From positions 440,014,001 to 440,078,000 of the forward strand of contig OZ024740.1 in NCBI GenBank assembly GCA_964016885.1: a stretch of DNA of 64,000 nt, read 5' to 3'. Of this stretch, positions 1 to 17,700 are shown in pieces. The stretch's first letter is position 1. The number at the start of each line of letters is the position of its first letter. The DNA comes from Eledone cirrhosa. Its lineage: Eukaryota. The position numbers were made by a program, and so were the translations under genes. The notes below the pieces were generated by a model. The model did not search any database, had not been told where the DNA came from, and saw only the letters and a list, made by a program, of their open reading frames with translations.

Positions 1-3000
1 ACCAGATGTCTGACATCAATATAATAACACCACATGTCTGCCATCTATATAATAACACCACATCTCTGACATCTATATAATAACACCACATGTCTGACAT
101 CTATATAATAACACCACAAGTCTGACATCTATATAATAACACCACATGTCCTGACATCTATATAATAACACCACAAGTCTGACATCTATATAGTAACACC
201 ACAAGTCTGAAATCTATACTATATTACCAGATGTCTGACATATATATAATAACACCACATGTCTGACATCTATATAATTACATCACAAATCTCACATCTA
301 TATAATAACACCACAAGTCTGACATCTATACAATAATACCACATGTCTGACATCTATATAATAACACCAGATGTCTGACATCTATATAATAACACCACAA
401 GTGACATCTATATAATAACACCACATGTCTGACATCTATATAATAACACCACAAGTCTGACATCTATATAATAACACCACATGTCTGACATCTATATAAT
501 AACACCACATGTGACATATATATAATAACACCACATGTCTGACATCTATATAATAACACCACATGTCTGGCATCTATATAATAACACCACATGTCTGACG
601 TCTATATAATAACAGCACATGACTGACATCTATATAATAGCATCACATGTCTGACATCTATACAATAACACCACATGTCTGACATCTATATAATAACACC
701 ACAAGTCTGACATCTATATAATAACACCACAAGTCTGACATCTATATAATAACACCAGATGTCTGACATCTATATAATAACACCAGATGTCTGACATCAA
801 TATAATAACACCACATGTCTGCCATCTATATAATAACACCACATCTCTGACATCTATATAATAACACCACATGTCTGACATCTATATAATAACACCACAA
901 GTCTGACATCTATATAATAACACCACATGTCCTGACATCTATATAATAACACCACAAGTCTGACATCTATATAGTAACACCACAAGTCTGACATATATAC
1001 TATATTACCAGATGTCTGACATATATATAATAACACCACATGTCTGACATGTATATAATTACATCACAAATCTCACATCTATATAATAACACCACAAGTC
1101 TGACATCTATACAATAATACCACATGTCTGACATCTATATAATAACACCAGATGTCTGACATCTATATAATAACACCACAAGTGACATCTATATAATAAC
1201 ACCACATGTCTGACATCTATATAATAACACCACAAGTCTGACATCTATATAATAACACCACATGTCTGACATCTATATAATAACATCACATGTGTGAAAT
1301 CTATATAATAACACCACATGTCTGACATCAATCTAATAACACCACAAGTCTGACATCTATATAATAACACCACAAGTCTGACATCGATATAATAATACCA
1401 TATGTCTGACATCTATATAATAACACCACATCTCTGACATCTATATAATAACACCACAAGTCTGACATCTATATAATAACACCACATGTCTGACATCTAT
1501 ATAATAACACCACAAGTCTGACGTCTATATAATAACACCAGAGGCCTGACATCTATATAATAACACAACATGTCTGACATCTATATAATAACACCATATG
1601 TCTGACATCTATATAATAACACCATAAGTCTGACATCTATTTAATAACACCACAAGTCTGACATCTATACAATAATACCACATGTCTGACATCTATATAA
1701 TAACACCAGATGTCTGACATCTATATAATAACACAACATGTGACATATATAATAACACCACATGTCTGACATCTATATAATAACACCACATGTCTGACAT
1801 CTATATAATAACACCAGATGTCTAACATCTATATAATAACACATGTATGACATCTATATAATATCACCACATGTGACGTCTATATAATAACACAACATGT
1901 CTGACATCTATATAATAACACGACATGTCTGACATCTATATAATAACACCAGATGTTTGACATCTATATAATAACACCACATGTCTGCCATCTATATAAT
2001 AACACCACATCTCTGACATCTATATAATAACACCACAAGTCTGACATCTATATAATAACACCACCTGTCTGACATCTATATAATAACACCACAAGTCTGA
2101 CATCTATATAATAACACCAGAGGCCTGACATCTATATAATAACACCACAAGTCTGACATATATATAATAACACCACAAGTCTGACATCTATATAATAACA
2201 CCAGATGTCTGACATCTATATAATAACACCAGATGTCTGACATCAATATAATAACACCACATGTCTGCCATCTATATAATAACACCACATCTCTGACATC
2301 TATATAATAACACCACATGTCTGACATCTATATAATAACACCACAAGTCTGACATCTATATAATAACACCACATGTCCTGACATCTATATAATAACACCA
2401 CAAGTCTGACATCTATATAGTAACACCACAAGTCTGAAATCTATACTATATTACCAGATGTCTGACATATATATAATAACACCACATGTCTGACATCTAT
2501 ATAATTACATCACAAATCTCACATCTATATAATAACACCACAAGTCTGACATCTATACAATAATACCACATGTCTGACATCTATATAATAACACCAGATG
2601 TCTGACATCTATATAATAACACCACAAGTGACATCTATATAATAACACCACATGTCTGACATCTATATAATAACACCACAAGTCTGACATCTATATAATA
2701 ACACCACATGTCTGACATCTATATAATAACATCACATGTGTGACATCTATATAATAACACCACATGTCTGACATCTATATAATAACACCACAAGTCTGAC
2801 ATCTATATAATAACACCACATGTCCTGACATCTATATAATAACACCACAAGTCTGACATCTATATAGTAACACCACAAGTCTGACATATATACTATATTA
2901 CCAGATGTCTGACATATATATAATAACACCACATGTCTGACATGTATATAATTACATCACAAATCTCACATCTATATAATAACACCACAAGTCTGACATC

Positions 3001-6000
3001 TATACAATAATACCACATGTCTGACATCTATATAATAACACCAGATGTCTGACATCTATATAATAACACCACAAGTGACATCTATATAATAACACCACAT
3101 GTCTGACATCTATATAATAACACCACAAGTCTGACATCTATATAATAACACCACATGTCTGACATCTATATAATAACATCACATGTGTGAAATCTATATA
3201 ATAACACCACATGTCTGACATCAATCTAATAACACCACAAGTCTGACATCTATATAATAACACCACAAGTCTGACATCGATATAATAATACCATATGTCT
3301 GACATCTATATAATAACACCACATCTCTGACATCTATATAATAACACCACAAGTCTGACATCTATATAATAACACCACATGTCTGACATCTATATAATAA
3401 CACCACAAGTCTGACGTCTATATAATAACACCAGAGGCCTGACATCTATATAATAACACAACATGTCTGACATCTATATAATAACACCATATGTCTGACA
3501 TCTATATAATAACACCATAAGTCTGACATCTATTTAATAACACCACAAGTCTGACATCTATACAATAATACCACATGTCTGACATCTATATAATAACACC
3601 AGATGTCTGACATCTATATAATAACACAACATGTGACATATATAATAACACCACATGTCTGACATCTATATAATAACACCACATGTCTGACATCTATATA
3701 ATAACACCAGATGTCTAACATCTATATAATAACACATGTATGACATCTATATAATATCACCACATGTGACGTCTATATAATAACACAACATGTCTGACAT
3801 CTATATAATAACACGACATGTCTGACATCTATATAATAACACCAGATGTTTGACATCTATATAATAACACCACATGTCTGCCATCTATATAATAACACCA
3901 CATCTCTGACATCTATATAATAACACCACAAGTCTGACATCTATATAATAACACCACCTGTCTGACATCTATATAATAACACCACAAGTCTGACATCTAT
4001 ATAATAACACCAGAGGCCTGACATCTATATAATAACACCACAAGTCTGACATATATATAATAACACCACAAGTCTGACATCTATATAATAACACCAGATG
4101 TCTGACATCTATATAATAACACCAGATGTCTGACATCAATATAATAACACCACATGTCTGCCATCTATATAATAACACCACATCTCTGACATCTATATAA
4201 TAACACCACATGTCTGACATCTATATAATAACACCACAAGTCTGACATCTATATAATAACACCACATGTCCTGACATCTATATAATAACACCACAAGTCT
4301 GACATCTATATAGTAACACCACAAGTCTGAAATCTATACTATATTACCAGATGTCTGACATATATATAATAACACCACATGTCTGACATCTATATAATTA
4401 CATCACAAATCTCACATCTATATAATAACACCACAAGTCTGACATCTATACAATAATACCACATGTCTGACATCTATATAATAACACCAGATGTCTGACA
4501 TCTATATAATAACACCACAAGTGACATCTATATAATAACACCACATGTCTGACATCTATATAATAACACCACAAGTCTGACATCTATATAATAACACCAC
4601 ATGTCTGACATCTATATAATAACACCACATGTGACATATATATAATAACACCACATGTCTGACATCTATATAATAACACCACATGTCTGGCATCTATATA
4701 ATAACACCACATGTCTGACGTCTATATAATAACAGCACATGACTGACATCTATATAATAGCATCACATGTCTGACATCTATACAATAACACCACATGTCT
4801 GACATCTATATAATAACACCACAAGTCTGACATCTATATAATAACACCACAAGTCTGACATCTATATAATAACACCAGATGTCTGACATCTATATAATAA
4901 CACCAGATGTCTGACATCAATATAATAACACCACATGTCTGCCATCTATATAATAACACCACATCTCTGACATCTATATAATAACACCACATGTCTGACA
5001 TCTATATAATAACACCACAAGTCTGACATCTATATAATAACACCACATGTCCTGACATCTATATAATAACACCACAAGTCTGACATCTATATAGTAACAC
5101 CACAAGTCTGACATATATACTATATTACCAGATGTCTGACATATATATAATAACACCACATGTCTGACATGTATATAATTACATCACAAATCTCACATCT
5201 ATATAATAACACCACAAGTCTGACATCTATACAATAATACCACATGTCTGACATCTATATAATAACACCAGATGTCTGACATCTATATAATAACACCACA
5301 AGTGACATCTATATAATAACACCACATGTCTGACATCTATATAATAACACCACAAGTCTGACATCTATATAATAACACCACATGTCTGACATCTATATAA
5401 TAACATCACATGTGTGAAATCTATATAATAACACCACATGTCTGACATCAATCTAATAACACCACAAGTCTGACATCTATATAATAACACCACAAGTCTG
5501 ACATCGATATAATAATACCATATGTCTGACATCTATATAATAACACCACATCTCTGACATCTATATAATAACACCACAAGTCTGACATCTATATAATAAC
5601 ACCACATGTCTGACATCTATATAATAACACCACAAGTCTGACGTCTATATAATAACACCAGAGGCCTGACATCTATATAATAACACAACATGTCTGACAT
5701 CTATATAATAACACCATATGTCTGACATCTATATAATAACACCATAAGTCTGACATCTATTTAATAACACCACAAGTCTGACATCTATACAATAATACCA
5801 CATGTCTGACATCTATATAATAACACCAGATGTCTGACATCTATATAATAACACAACATGTGACATATATAATAACACCACATGTCTGACATCTATATAA
5901 TAACACCACATGTCTGACATCTATATAATAACACCAGATGTCTAACATCTATATAATAACACATGTATGACATCTATATAATATCACCACATGTGACGTC

Positions 6001-9000
6001 TATATAATAACACAACATGTCTGACATCTATATAATAACACGACATGTCTGACATCTATATAATAACACCAGATGTTTGACATCTATATAATAACACCAC
6101 ATGTCTGCCATCTATATAATAACACCACATCTCTGACATCTATATAATAACACCACAAGTCTGACATCTATATAATAACACCACCTGTCTGACATCTATA
6201 TAATAACACCACAAGTCTGACATCTATATAATAACACCAGAGGCCTGACATCTATATAATAACACCACAAGTCTGACATATATATAATAACACCACAAGT
6301 CTGACATCTATATAATAACACCAGATGTCTGACATCTATATAATAACACCAGATGTCTGACATCAATATAATAACACCACATGTCTGCCATCTATATAAT
6401 AACACCACATCTCTGACATCTATATAATAACACCACATGTCTGACATCTATATAATAACACCACAAGTCTGACATCTATATAATAACACCACATGTCCTG
6501 ACATCTATATAATAACACCACAAGTCTGACATCTATATAGTAACACCACAAGTCTGAAATCTATACTATATTACCAGATGTCTGACATATATATAATAAC
6601 ACCACATGTCTGACATCTATATAATTACATCACAAATCTCACATCTATATAATAACACCACAAGTCTGACATCTATACAATAATACCACATGTCTGACAT
6701 CTATATAATAACACCAGATGTCTGACATCTATATAATAACACCACAAGTGACATCTATATAATAACACCACATGTCTGACATCTATATAATAACACCACA
6801 AGTCTGACATCTATATAATAACACCACATGTCTGACATCTATATAATAACACCACATGTGACATATATATAATAACACCACATGTCTGACATCTATATAA
6901 TAACACCACATGTCTGGCATCTATATAATAACACCACATGTCTGACGTCTATATAATAACAGCACATGACTGACATCTATATAATAGCATCACATGTCTG
7001 ACATCTATACAATAACACCACATGTCTGACATCTATATAATAACACCACAAGTCTGACATCTATATAATAACACCACAAGTCTGACATCTATATAATAAC
7101 ACCAGATGTCTGACATCTATATAATAACACCAGATGTCTGACATCAATATAATAACACCACATGTCTGCCATCTATATAATAACACCACATCTCTGACAT
7201 CTATATAATAACACCACATGTCTGACATCTATATAATAACACCACAAGTCTGACATCTATATAATAACACCACATGTCCTGACATCTATATAATAACACC
7301 ACAAGTCTGACATCTATATAGTAACACCACAAGTCTGACATATATACTATATTACCAGATGTCTGACATATATATAATAACACCACATGTCTGACATGTA
7401 TATAATTACATCACAAATCTCACATCTATATAATAACACCACAAGTCTGACATCTATACAATAATACCACATGTCTGACATCTATATAATAACACCAGAT
7501 GTCTGACATCTATATAATAACACCACAAGTGACATCTATATAATAACACCACATGTCTGACATCTATATAATAACACCACAAGTCTGACATCTATATAAT
7601 AACACCACATGTCTGACATCTATATAATAACATCACATGTGTGAAATCTATATAATAACACCACATGTCTGACATCAATCTAATAACACCACAAGTCTGA
7701 CATCTATATAATAACACCACAAGTCTGACATCGATATAATAATACCATATGTCTGACATCTATATAATAACACCACATCTCTGACATCTATATAATAACA
7801 CCACAAGTCTGACATCTATATAATAACACCACATGTCTGACATCTATATAATAACACCACAAGTCTGACGTCTATATAATAACACCAGAGGCCTGACATC
7901 TATATAATAACACAACATGTCTGACATCTATATAATAACACCATATGTCTGACATCTATATAATAACACCATAAGTCTGAGATCTATTTAATAACACCAC
8001 AAGTCTGACATCTATACAATAATACCACATGTCTGACATCTATATAATAACACCAGATGTCTGACATCTATATAATAACACAACATGTGACATATATAAT
8101 AACACCACATGTCTGACATCTATATAATAACACCACATGTCTGACATCTATATAATAACACCAGATGTCTAACATCTATATAATAACACATGTATGACAT
8201 CTATATAATATCACCACATGTGACGTCTATATAATAACACAACATGTCTGACATCTATATAATAACACGACATGTCTGACATCTATATAATAACACCAGA
8301 TGTTTGACATCTATATAATAACACCACATGTCTGCCATCTATATAATAACACCACATCTCTGACATCTATATAATAACACCACAAGTCTGACATCTATAT
8401 AATAACACCACCTGTCTGACATCTATATAATAACACCACAAGTCTGACATCTATATAATAACACCAGAGGCCTGACATCTATATAATAACACCACAAGTC
8501 TGACATATATATAATAACACCACAAGTCTGACATCTATATAATAACACCAGATGTCTGACATCTATATAATAACACCAGATGTCTGACATCAATATAATA
8601 ACACCACATGTCTGCCATCTATATAATAACACCACATCTCTGACATCTATATAATAACACCACATGTCTGACATCTATATAATAACACCACAAGTCTGAC
8701 ATCTATATAATAACACCACATGTCCTGACATCTATATAATAACACCACAAGTCTGACATCTATATAGTAACACCACAAGTCTGAAATCTATACTATATTA
8801 CCAGATGTCTGACATATATATAATAACACCACATGTCTGACATCTATATAATTACATCACAAATCTCACATCTATATAATAACACCACAAGTCTGACATC
8901 TATACAATAATACCACATGTCTGACATCTATATAATAACACCAGATGTCTGACATCTATATAATAACACCACAAGTGACATCTATATAATAACACCACAT

Positions 9001-11720
9001 GTCTGACATCTATATAATAACACCACAAGTCTGACATCTATATAATAACACCACATGTCTGACATCTATATAATAACATCACATGTGTGACATCTATATA
9101 ATAACACCACATGTCTGACATCAATCTAATAACACCACAAGTCTGACATCTATATAATAACACCACAAGTCTGACATCGATATAATAACACCACATGTCT
9201 GACATCTATATAATAACACCACAAGTCTGACGTCTATATAATAACACCAGAGGCCTGACATCTATATAATAACACAACATGTCTGACATCTATATAATAA
9301 CACCATATGTCTGACATCTATATAATAACACCATAAGTCTGACATCTATTTAATAACACCACAAGTCTGACATCTATACAATAATACCACATGTCTGACA
9401 TCTATATAATAACACCAGATGTCTGACATCTATATAATAACACCACATGTGACATATATAATAACACCACATGTCTGACATCTATATAATAACACCACAT
9501 GTCTGACATCTATATAATAGCACCAGATGTCTAACATCTATATAATAACACATGTATGACATCTATATAATAACACCACATGTCTGACATCTATATAATA
9601 ACACCACACGTCTGACATCTATATAATAACACCAGATGTCTGACATCTATATAATAACACCACATGTGACATATATATATAATAACACCACATGTCTGAC
9701 ATCTATATAATAACACCACATGTCTGGCATCTATATAATAACACCACATGTCTGACGTCTATATAATAACAGCACATGACTGACATCTATATAATAGCAT
9801 CACATGTCTGACATCTATACAATAACACCACATGTCTGACATCTATATAATAACACCACAAGTCTGACATCTATATAATAACACCACAAGTCTGACATCT
9901 ATATAATAACACCAGATGTCTGACATCTATATAATAACACCAGATGTCTGACATCAATATAATAACACCACATGTCTGCCATCTATATAATAACACCACA
10001 TCTCTGACATCTATATAATAACACCACATGTCTGACATCTATATAATAACACCACAAGTCTGACATCTATATAATAACACCACATGTCCTTACATCTATA
10101 TAATAACACCACAAGTCTGACATCTATATAGTAACACCACAAGTCTGACATATATACTATATTACCAGATGTCTGACATATATATAATAACACCACATGT
10201 CTGACATGTATATAATTACATCACAAATCTCACATCTATATAATAACACCACAAGTCTGACATCTATACAATAATACCACATGTCTGACATCTATATAAT
10301 AACACCAGATGTCTGACATCTATATAATAACACCACAAGTGACATCTATATAATAACACCACATGTCTGACATCTATATAATAACACCACAAGTCTGACA
10401 TCTATATAATAACACCACAAGTCTGACATCTATATAATAACACCACAAGTCTGACATCGATATAATAATACCATATGTCTGACATCTATATAATAACACC
10501 ACATCTCTGACATCTATATAATAACACCACAAGTCTGACATCTATATAATAACACCACATGTCTGACATCTATATAATAACACCACAAGTCTGACGTCTA
10601 TATAATAACACCAGAGGCCTGACATCTATATAATAACACAACATGTCTGACATCTATATAATAACACCATATGTCTGACATCTATATAATAACACCATAA
10701 GTCTGACATCTATTTAATAACACCACAAGTCTGACATCTATACAATAATACCACATGTCTGACATCTATATAATAACACCAGATGTCTGACATCTATATA
10801 ATAACACAACATGTGACATATATAATAACACCACATGTCTGACATCTATATAATAACACCACATGTCTGACATCTATATAATAACACCAGATGTCTAACA
10901 TCTATATAATAACACATGTATGACATCTATATAATATCACCACATGTGACGTCTATATAATAACACAACATGTCTGACATCTATATAATAACACGACATG
11001 TCTGACATCTATATAATAACACCAGATGTTTGACATCTATATAATAACACCACATGTCTGCCATCTATATAATAACACCACATCTCTGACATCTATATAA
11101 TAACACCACAAGTCTGACATCTATATAATAACACCACCTGTCTGACATCTATATAATAACACCACAAGTCTGACATCTATATAATAACACCAGAGGCCTG
11201 ACATCTATATAATAACACCACAAGTCTGACATATATATAATAACACCACAAGTCTGACATCTATATAATAACACCAGATGTCTGACATCTATATAATAAC
11301 ACCAGATGTCTGACATCAATATAATAACACCACATGTCTGCCATCTATATAATAACACCACATCTCTGACATCTATATAATAACACCACATGTCTGACAT
11401 CTATATAATAACACCACAAGTCTGACATCTATATAATAACACCACATGTCCTGACATCTATATAATAACACCACAAGTCTGACATCTATATAGTAACACC
11501 ACAAGTCTGAAATCTATACTATATTACCAGATGTCTGACATATATATAATAACACCACATGTCTGACATCTATATAATTACATCACAAATCTCACATCTA
11601 TATAATAACACCACAAGTCTGACATCTATACAATAATACCACATGTCTGACATCTATATAATAACACCAGATGTCTGACATCTATATAATAACACCACAA
11701 GTGACATCTATATAATAACA
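1..11720. repeat. Higher-order repeat domain A: ~2,227-bp (~80-monomer) unit, about 5 copies with length variants
   Basis: The marker GAAATCTATACTATATTACCAG (TACT position) lies at 217, 2444, 4337, 6564, 8791 and 11517, giving spacings of 2227, 1893, 2227, 2227 and 2726. Identical spurious ORFs recur at the same offsets (2076, 3969, 6196, 8423, 11149). Confidence 0.93.
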
Positions 11721-14700
11721 CCACATGTCTGACATCTATATAATAACACCACAAGTCTGACATCTATATAATAACACCACATGTCTGACATCTATATAAT
11801 AACATCACATGTGTGACATCTATATAATAACACCACATGTCTGACATCAATCTAATAACACCACAAGTCTGACATCTATATAATAACACCACAAGTCTGA
11901 CATCGATATAATAACACCACATGTCTGACATCTATATAATAACACCACAAGTCTGACGTCTATATAATAACACCAGAGGCCTGACATCTATATAATAACA
12001 CAACATGTCTGACATCTATATAATGACACCACAAGTCTGACATCTATATAATAACACCAGATGTCTGACATCTATATAATAACACCAGATGTCTGACATC
12101 TATATAATAACACCACATGTGACATATATAATAACACCACATGTCTGACATCTATATAATAACACCACATGTCTGACATCTATATAATAGCACCAGATGT
12201 CTAACATCTATATAATAACACATGTATGACATCTATATAATAACACCACATGTCTGACATCTATATAATAACACCACACGTCTGACATCTATGTAATAAC
12301 ACCACATGTCTGACATCTATATAATAACACCACATGTCTGACATATATATAATAACACCACATGTCTGACATCTATATAATAACACCACAAGTCTGACAT
12401 CTATATAATAACACCACAAGTCTGACATCTATATAATAACACCACATGTCTGACATCTATATAATAACACCACAAGTCTGACATCTATATAATAACACCA
12501 GAGGCCTGACATCTATATAATAACACCACAAGTCTGACATCTATATAATAACACCACAAGTCTGACATCTATATAATAACACCAGATGTCTGACATCTAT
12601 ATAATAACACCAGATGTCTGACATCTATATAATAACACCACATGTCTGCCATCTATATAATAACACCACATCTCTGACATCTATATAATAACACCACATG
12701 TCTGACACCTATATAATAACACCACAAGTCTGACATCTATATAATAACACCAGAGGCCTGACATCTATATAATAACACCACAAGTCTGACATCTATATAA
12801 TAACACCACAAGTCTGACATCTATACAATAATACCAGATGTCTGACATATATATAATAACACAACATGACTGACATCTATATAATAACACGACATGTCTG
12901 ACATCTATATAATAACACCACAAGTCTTACATCTATATAATAACACCACATGTCTGACATCTATATAATAACACCACATGTCTGACATCTATATAATAAC
13001 ACATGTCTGACATCTATATAATAACACCACAAGTCTGAAATCTATATAATAACACCACAAGTCTGACATCTATACAATAATACCAGATGTCTGACATATA
13101 TATAATAACACAACATGACTGACATCTATATAATAACACCACATGTCTGACATCTATATAATAACACCACAAGTCTTACATCTATATAATAACACCACAT
13201 GTCTGACATCTATATAATAACACCACATGTCTGACATCTATATAATAACACCACAAGACTTACATCTATATAATAACACCACAAGTCTGACATCTATATA
13301 ATAACACCGCATGTCTGACATCTATATAATAACACCACAATCTGACATCTACATAATAACACCACATGTCTGACATTTATATAATTACACCACATGTCTG
13401 ACATCTATACAATAACACCACATGTCTGACATCTATATAATAACACCACATATCTGACATCTATATAATAACACCACATGTCTGACATCTATATAATAAC
13501 ACCACCTTTCTGCCATCTATATAATAACACCACATGTCTGACATCTATATAATAACACCAGATGTCTGACATCTATATAATAACACCACATATCTGCCAT
13601 CTATATAATAACACAACATGTCTGACATCTATATAATAACACCAGATGTCTGACATCTATACAATAACACCACAAGTCTGCATCTATATAATAACACCAT
13701 ATGACTGACATCTATATAATAACAACACAAGTCTGACATCTATATAATAACACCACATGTCTGACATCTATATAATAACATCACAAATCTGACATCTATA
13801 TAATAACACCACAAATCTGACATCTATACAATTATACCACATGTCTGACATCTATATAATAACACCAGATGTTTGACATCTATATAATAACACCACATGT
13901 GACATCTATATATTAACACCACATGTCTGACATCTATATAATAACACCACAAGTCTGACATCTATATAATAACACCACATGTCTGATATCTATATAATAA
14001 CACCACATGTGTGACATCTATATAATAACACCACATGTCTGACATCTATCTAATAACACCACAAGTCTGACATCTATATAATAACACCACATGTCTGACA
14101 TCTATACAATTATACCACAAGTCTGACATCTATATAATAACACCACACGTCTGACATCTATATAATAATACCATATGTCTGACATCTATATAATAACACC
14201 ACATGTCTGACATCTATATAATAACACCACAAGTCTGACATCTATATAATAACACCACATGTCTGACATCTATATAATAACACCACATGTCTGACATATA
14301 TATAATAACACCGCATGTCTGACATCTATATAATAACACCACAAGTCTGACATCTATACAATCACACCCATTTCTGACATCTATATAATAACACATGTCT
14401 GACATCTATATAATAACACCACATGTCTGACATCTATATAATAACACCGCAAGTCTGACATCTATATAATAACACCACAAGTCTGACATCTATAAAATAA
14501 TACCACATGTCTAACATCTATATAATAACACCATATGTCTGACATCTATACAATAATACCACATGTCTGACATCTATATAATAACACCACATGTCTGACA
14601 TCTATATAATAACACCGCATGTGACATCTATAAAATAACACCACATGTCTGACAACTATAAATTAACACCACAAGATTGACATCTATATAATAACACCAC

Positions 14701-17700
14701 AAGTCTGACATCTATATAATAACAGCACAAGTCTGACATCTATATAATAACACCACATGTCTGATATCTATATAATAACACCACAATTGTGACATCTATA
14801 TAATAACACCACATGTCTGACATCTATATAATAATACCATATGTCTGACATCTATATAATAACACCGCATGTCTGACATCTATATAATAACACCACAAGT
14901 CTGACATCTATATAATAATACCATATGTCTGACATCTATATAATAACACCACATGTCTGACATCTATATAATAACACCGCATGTCTGACATCTATATAAT
15001 AACACCACAAGTCTGACATCTATATAATAACACATGTCTGACATCTATATAATAACACCACAAGTCTGACATCTATATAATAACACCACATGTCTGACAT
15101 CTATATAATAACACCACATGTGTGACATCTATATAATAACACCACATGTCTGACATCAATCTAATAACACCACAAGTCTGACATCTATATAATAACACCA
15201 CAAGTCTGACATCTATATAATAATACCATATGTCTGACATCTATATAATAACACCACATCTCTGACATCTATATAATAACACCACAAGTCTGACATCTAT
15301 ATAATAACACCACATGTCTGACATCTATATAATAACACGACAAGTCTGACATTTATATAATAACACCACAAGTCTGACATCTATATAATAATACCATATG
15401 TCTGACATCTATATAATAACACCACATGTCTGACATCTATATAATAACACCACAAGTCTGACATCTATATAATAACACCACATGTCTGACATCTATATAA
15501 TAACACCACATGTCTGACATCTATATAATAACACATGTCTGACATCTATATAATAACACCACATGTCTGACATCTATATAATAACACCACAAGTCTGACA
15601 TCTATATAATAACACCACAAGTCTGACATCTATACAATAATACCACATGTCTAACATCTATATAATAACACCATATGTCTGACATCTATACAATAATACC
15701 ACATGTCTGACATCTATATAATAACACCACATGTCTGACATCTATATAATAACACCGCATGTCTGACATATATATAATAACACCACAAGTATGACATCTA
15801 TATAATAACACCACATGTCTGATATTTATATAATAACACCACATGTCTAACTTCTATATAACAACACCACATGTCTGACATATATATAATAACACCACAT
15901 GTCTGACATCTATATAATAACACCACAAGTCTGACATCTATATAATAACACCACAAGTCTGACATCTTTACAATAATACCAGATGTCTGACATATATATA
16001 ATAACACCAGATGTCTGACATCTATATAATAACACCACATGTGACATCTATATAATAACACCACATCTCTGACATCTATATAATAACACCACAAATCAGA
16101 CATCTATATAATAACACCACATGTCTGACATCTATATAATAACACCACAAGTCTGACATCTGTATAATAACACCAGAGGCCTGACATCTATATAATAACA
16201 CATGTCTGACATCTATATAACAACACCACAAGTCTGAAATCTATATAATAACACCACATGTCTGACATCTATACAATAATACCATATGTCTGACATATAT
16301 ATAATAACACAACATGACTGACATCTATATAATAACACCACATGTCTGACATCTATATAATAACACCACAAGTCTTACATCTATATAATAACACCACAAG
16401 ACTTACATCTATATAATAACACCAGAAGTCTGACATCTATATAATAACACCGCATGTCTGACATCTATATAAAAACACCACATGTCTGACATCTATATAA
16501 TAACACCACAAGACTTACATCTATATAATAACACCAGAAGTCTGACATCTATATAATAACACCGCATGTCTGACATCTATATAATAACACCACAATCTGA
16601 CATCTATATAATAACACCACATGTCTGACATTTATATAATTACACCACATGTCTGACATCTATATAATAACACCACATGTCTGACATCTATATAATAACA
16701 CCACATGTCTGACATCTATATAATAACACCACATGTCTGACATCTATATAATAACACCACAAGTCTGACATCTATATAATAACACCAGATGTCTGACATC
16801 TATATAATAATACCACAAGTCTGACATCTATATAATAACACCAGATGTCTGACATCTATATAATAACACCACCTTTCTGCCATCTATATAATAACACCAC
16901 ATGTCTGACATCTATATAATAACACCAGATGTCTGACATCTATATAATAACACCACATATCTGCCATCTATATAATAACACAACATGTCTGACATCTATA
17001 TAATAACACCAGATGTCTGACATCTATACAATAACACCACAAGTCTGCATCTATATAATAACACCATATGACTGACATCTATATAATAACAACACAATCT
17101 GACATCTATATAATAACACCACATGTCTGACATCTATATAATAACATCACAAATCTGACATCTATATAATAACACCACAAGTCTGACATCTATACAATTA
17201 TACCACATGTCTGACATCTATATAATAACACCAGATGTCTGACATCTATATAATAACACCACATGTGACATCTATATAATAACACCACATGTCTGACATC
17301 TATATAATAACACCACAAGTCTGACATCAATATAATAACACCACATGTCTGACATCTATATAATAACACCACATGTGTGACCTCTATATAATAACACCAC
17401 ATGTCTGACATCTATCTAATAACACCACAAGTCTGACATCTATCTAATAACACCACATGTCTGACATCTATACAATTATACCACAAGTCTGACATCTATA
17501 TAATAACACCACAAGTCTGACATCTATATAATAATACCATATGTCTGACATCTATATAATAGCACCACATGTCTGACATCTATATAATAACACCACAAGT
17601 CTGACATCTATATAATAACACCACATGTCTGACATCTATATAATAACACCACATGTCTGACATCTATATAATAACACCGCATGTCTGACATCTATATAAT

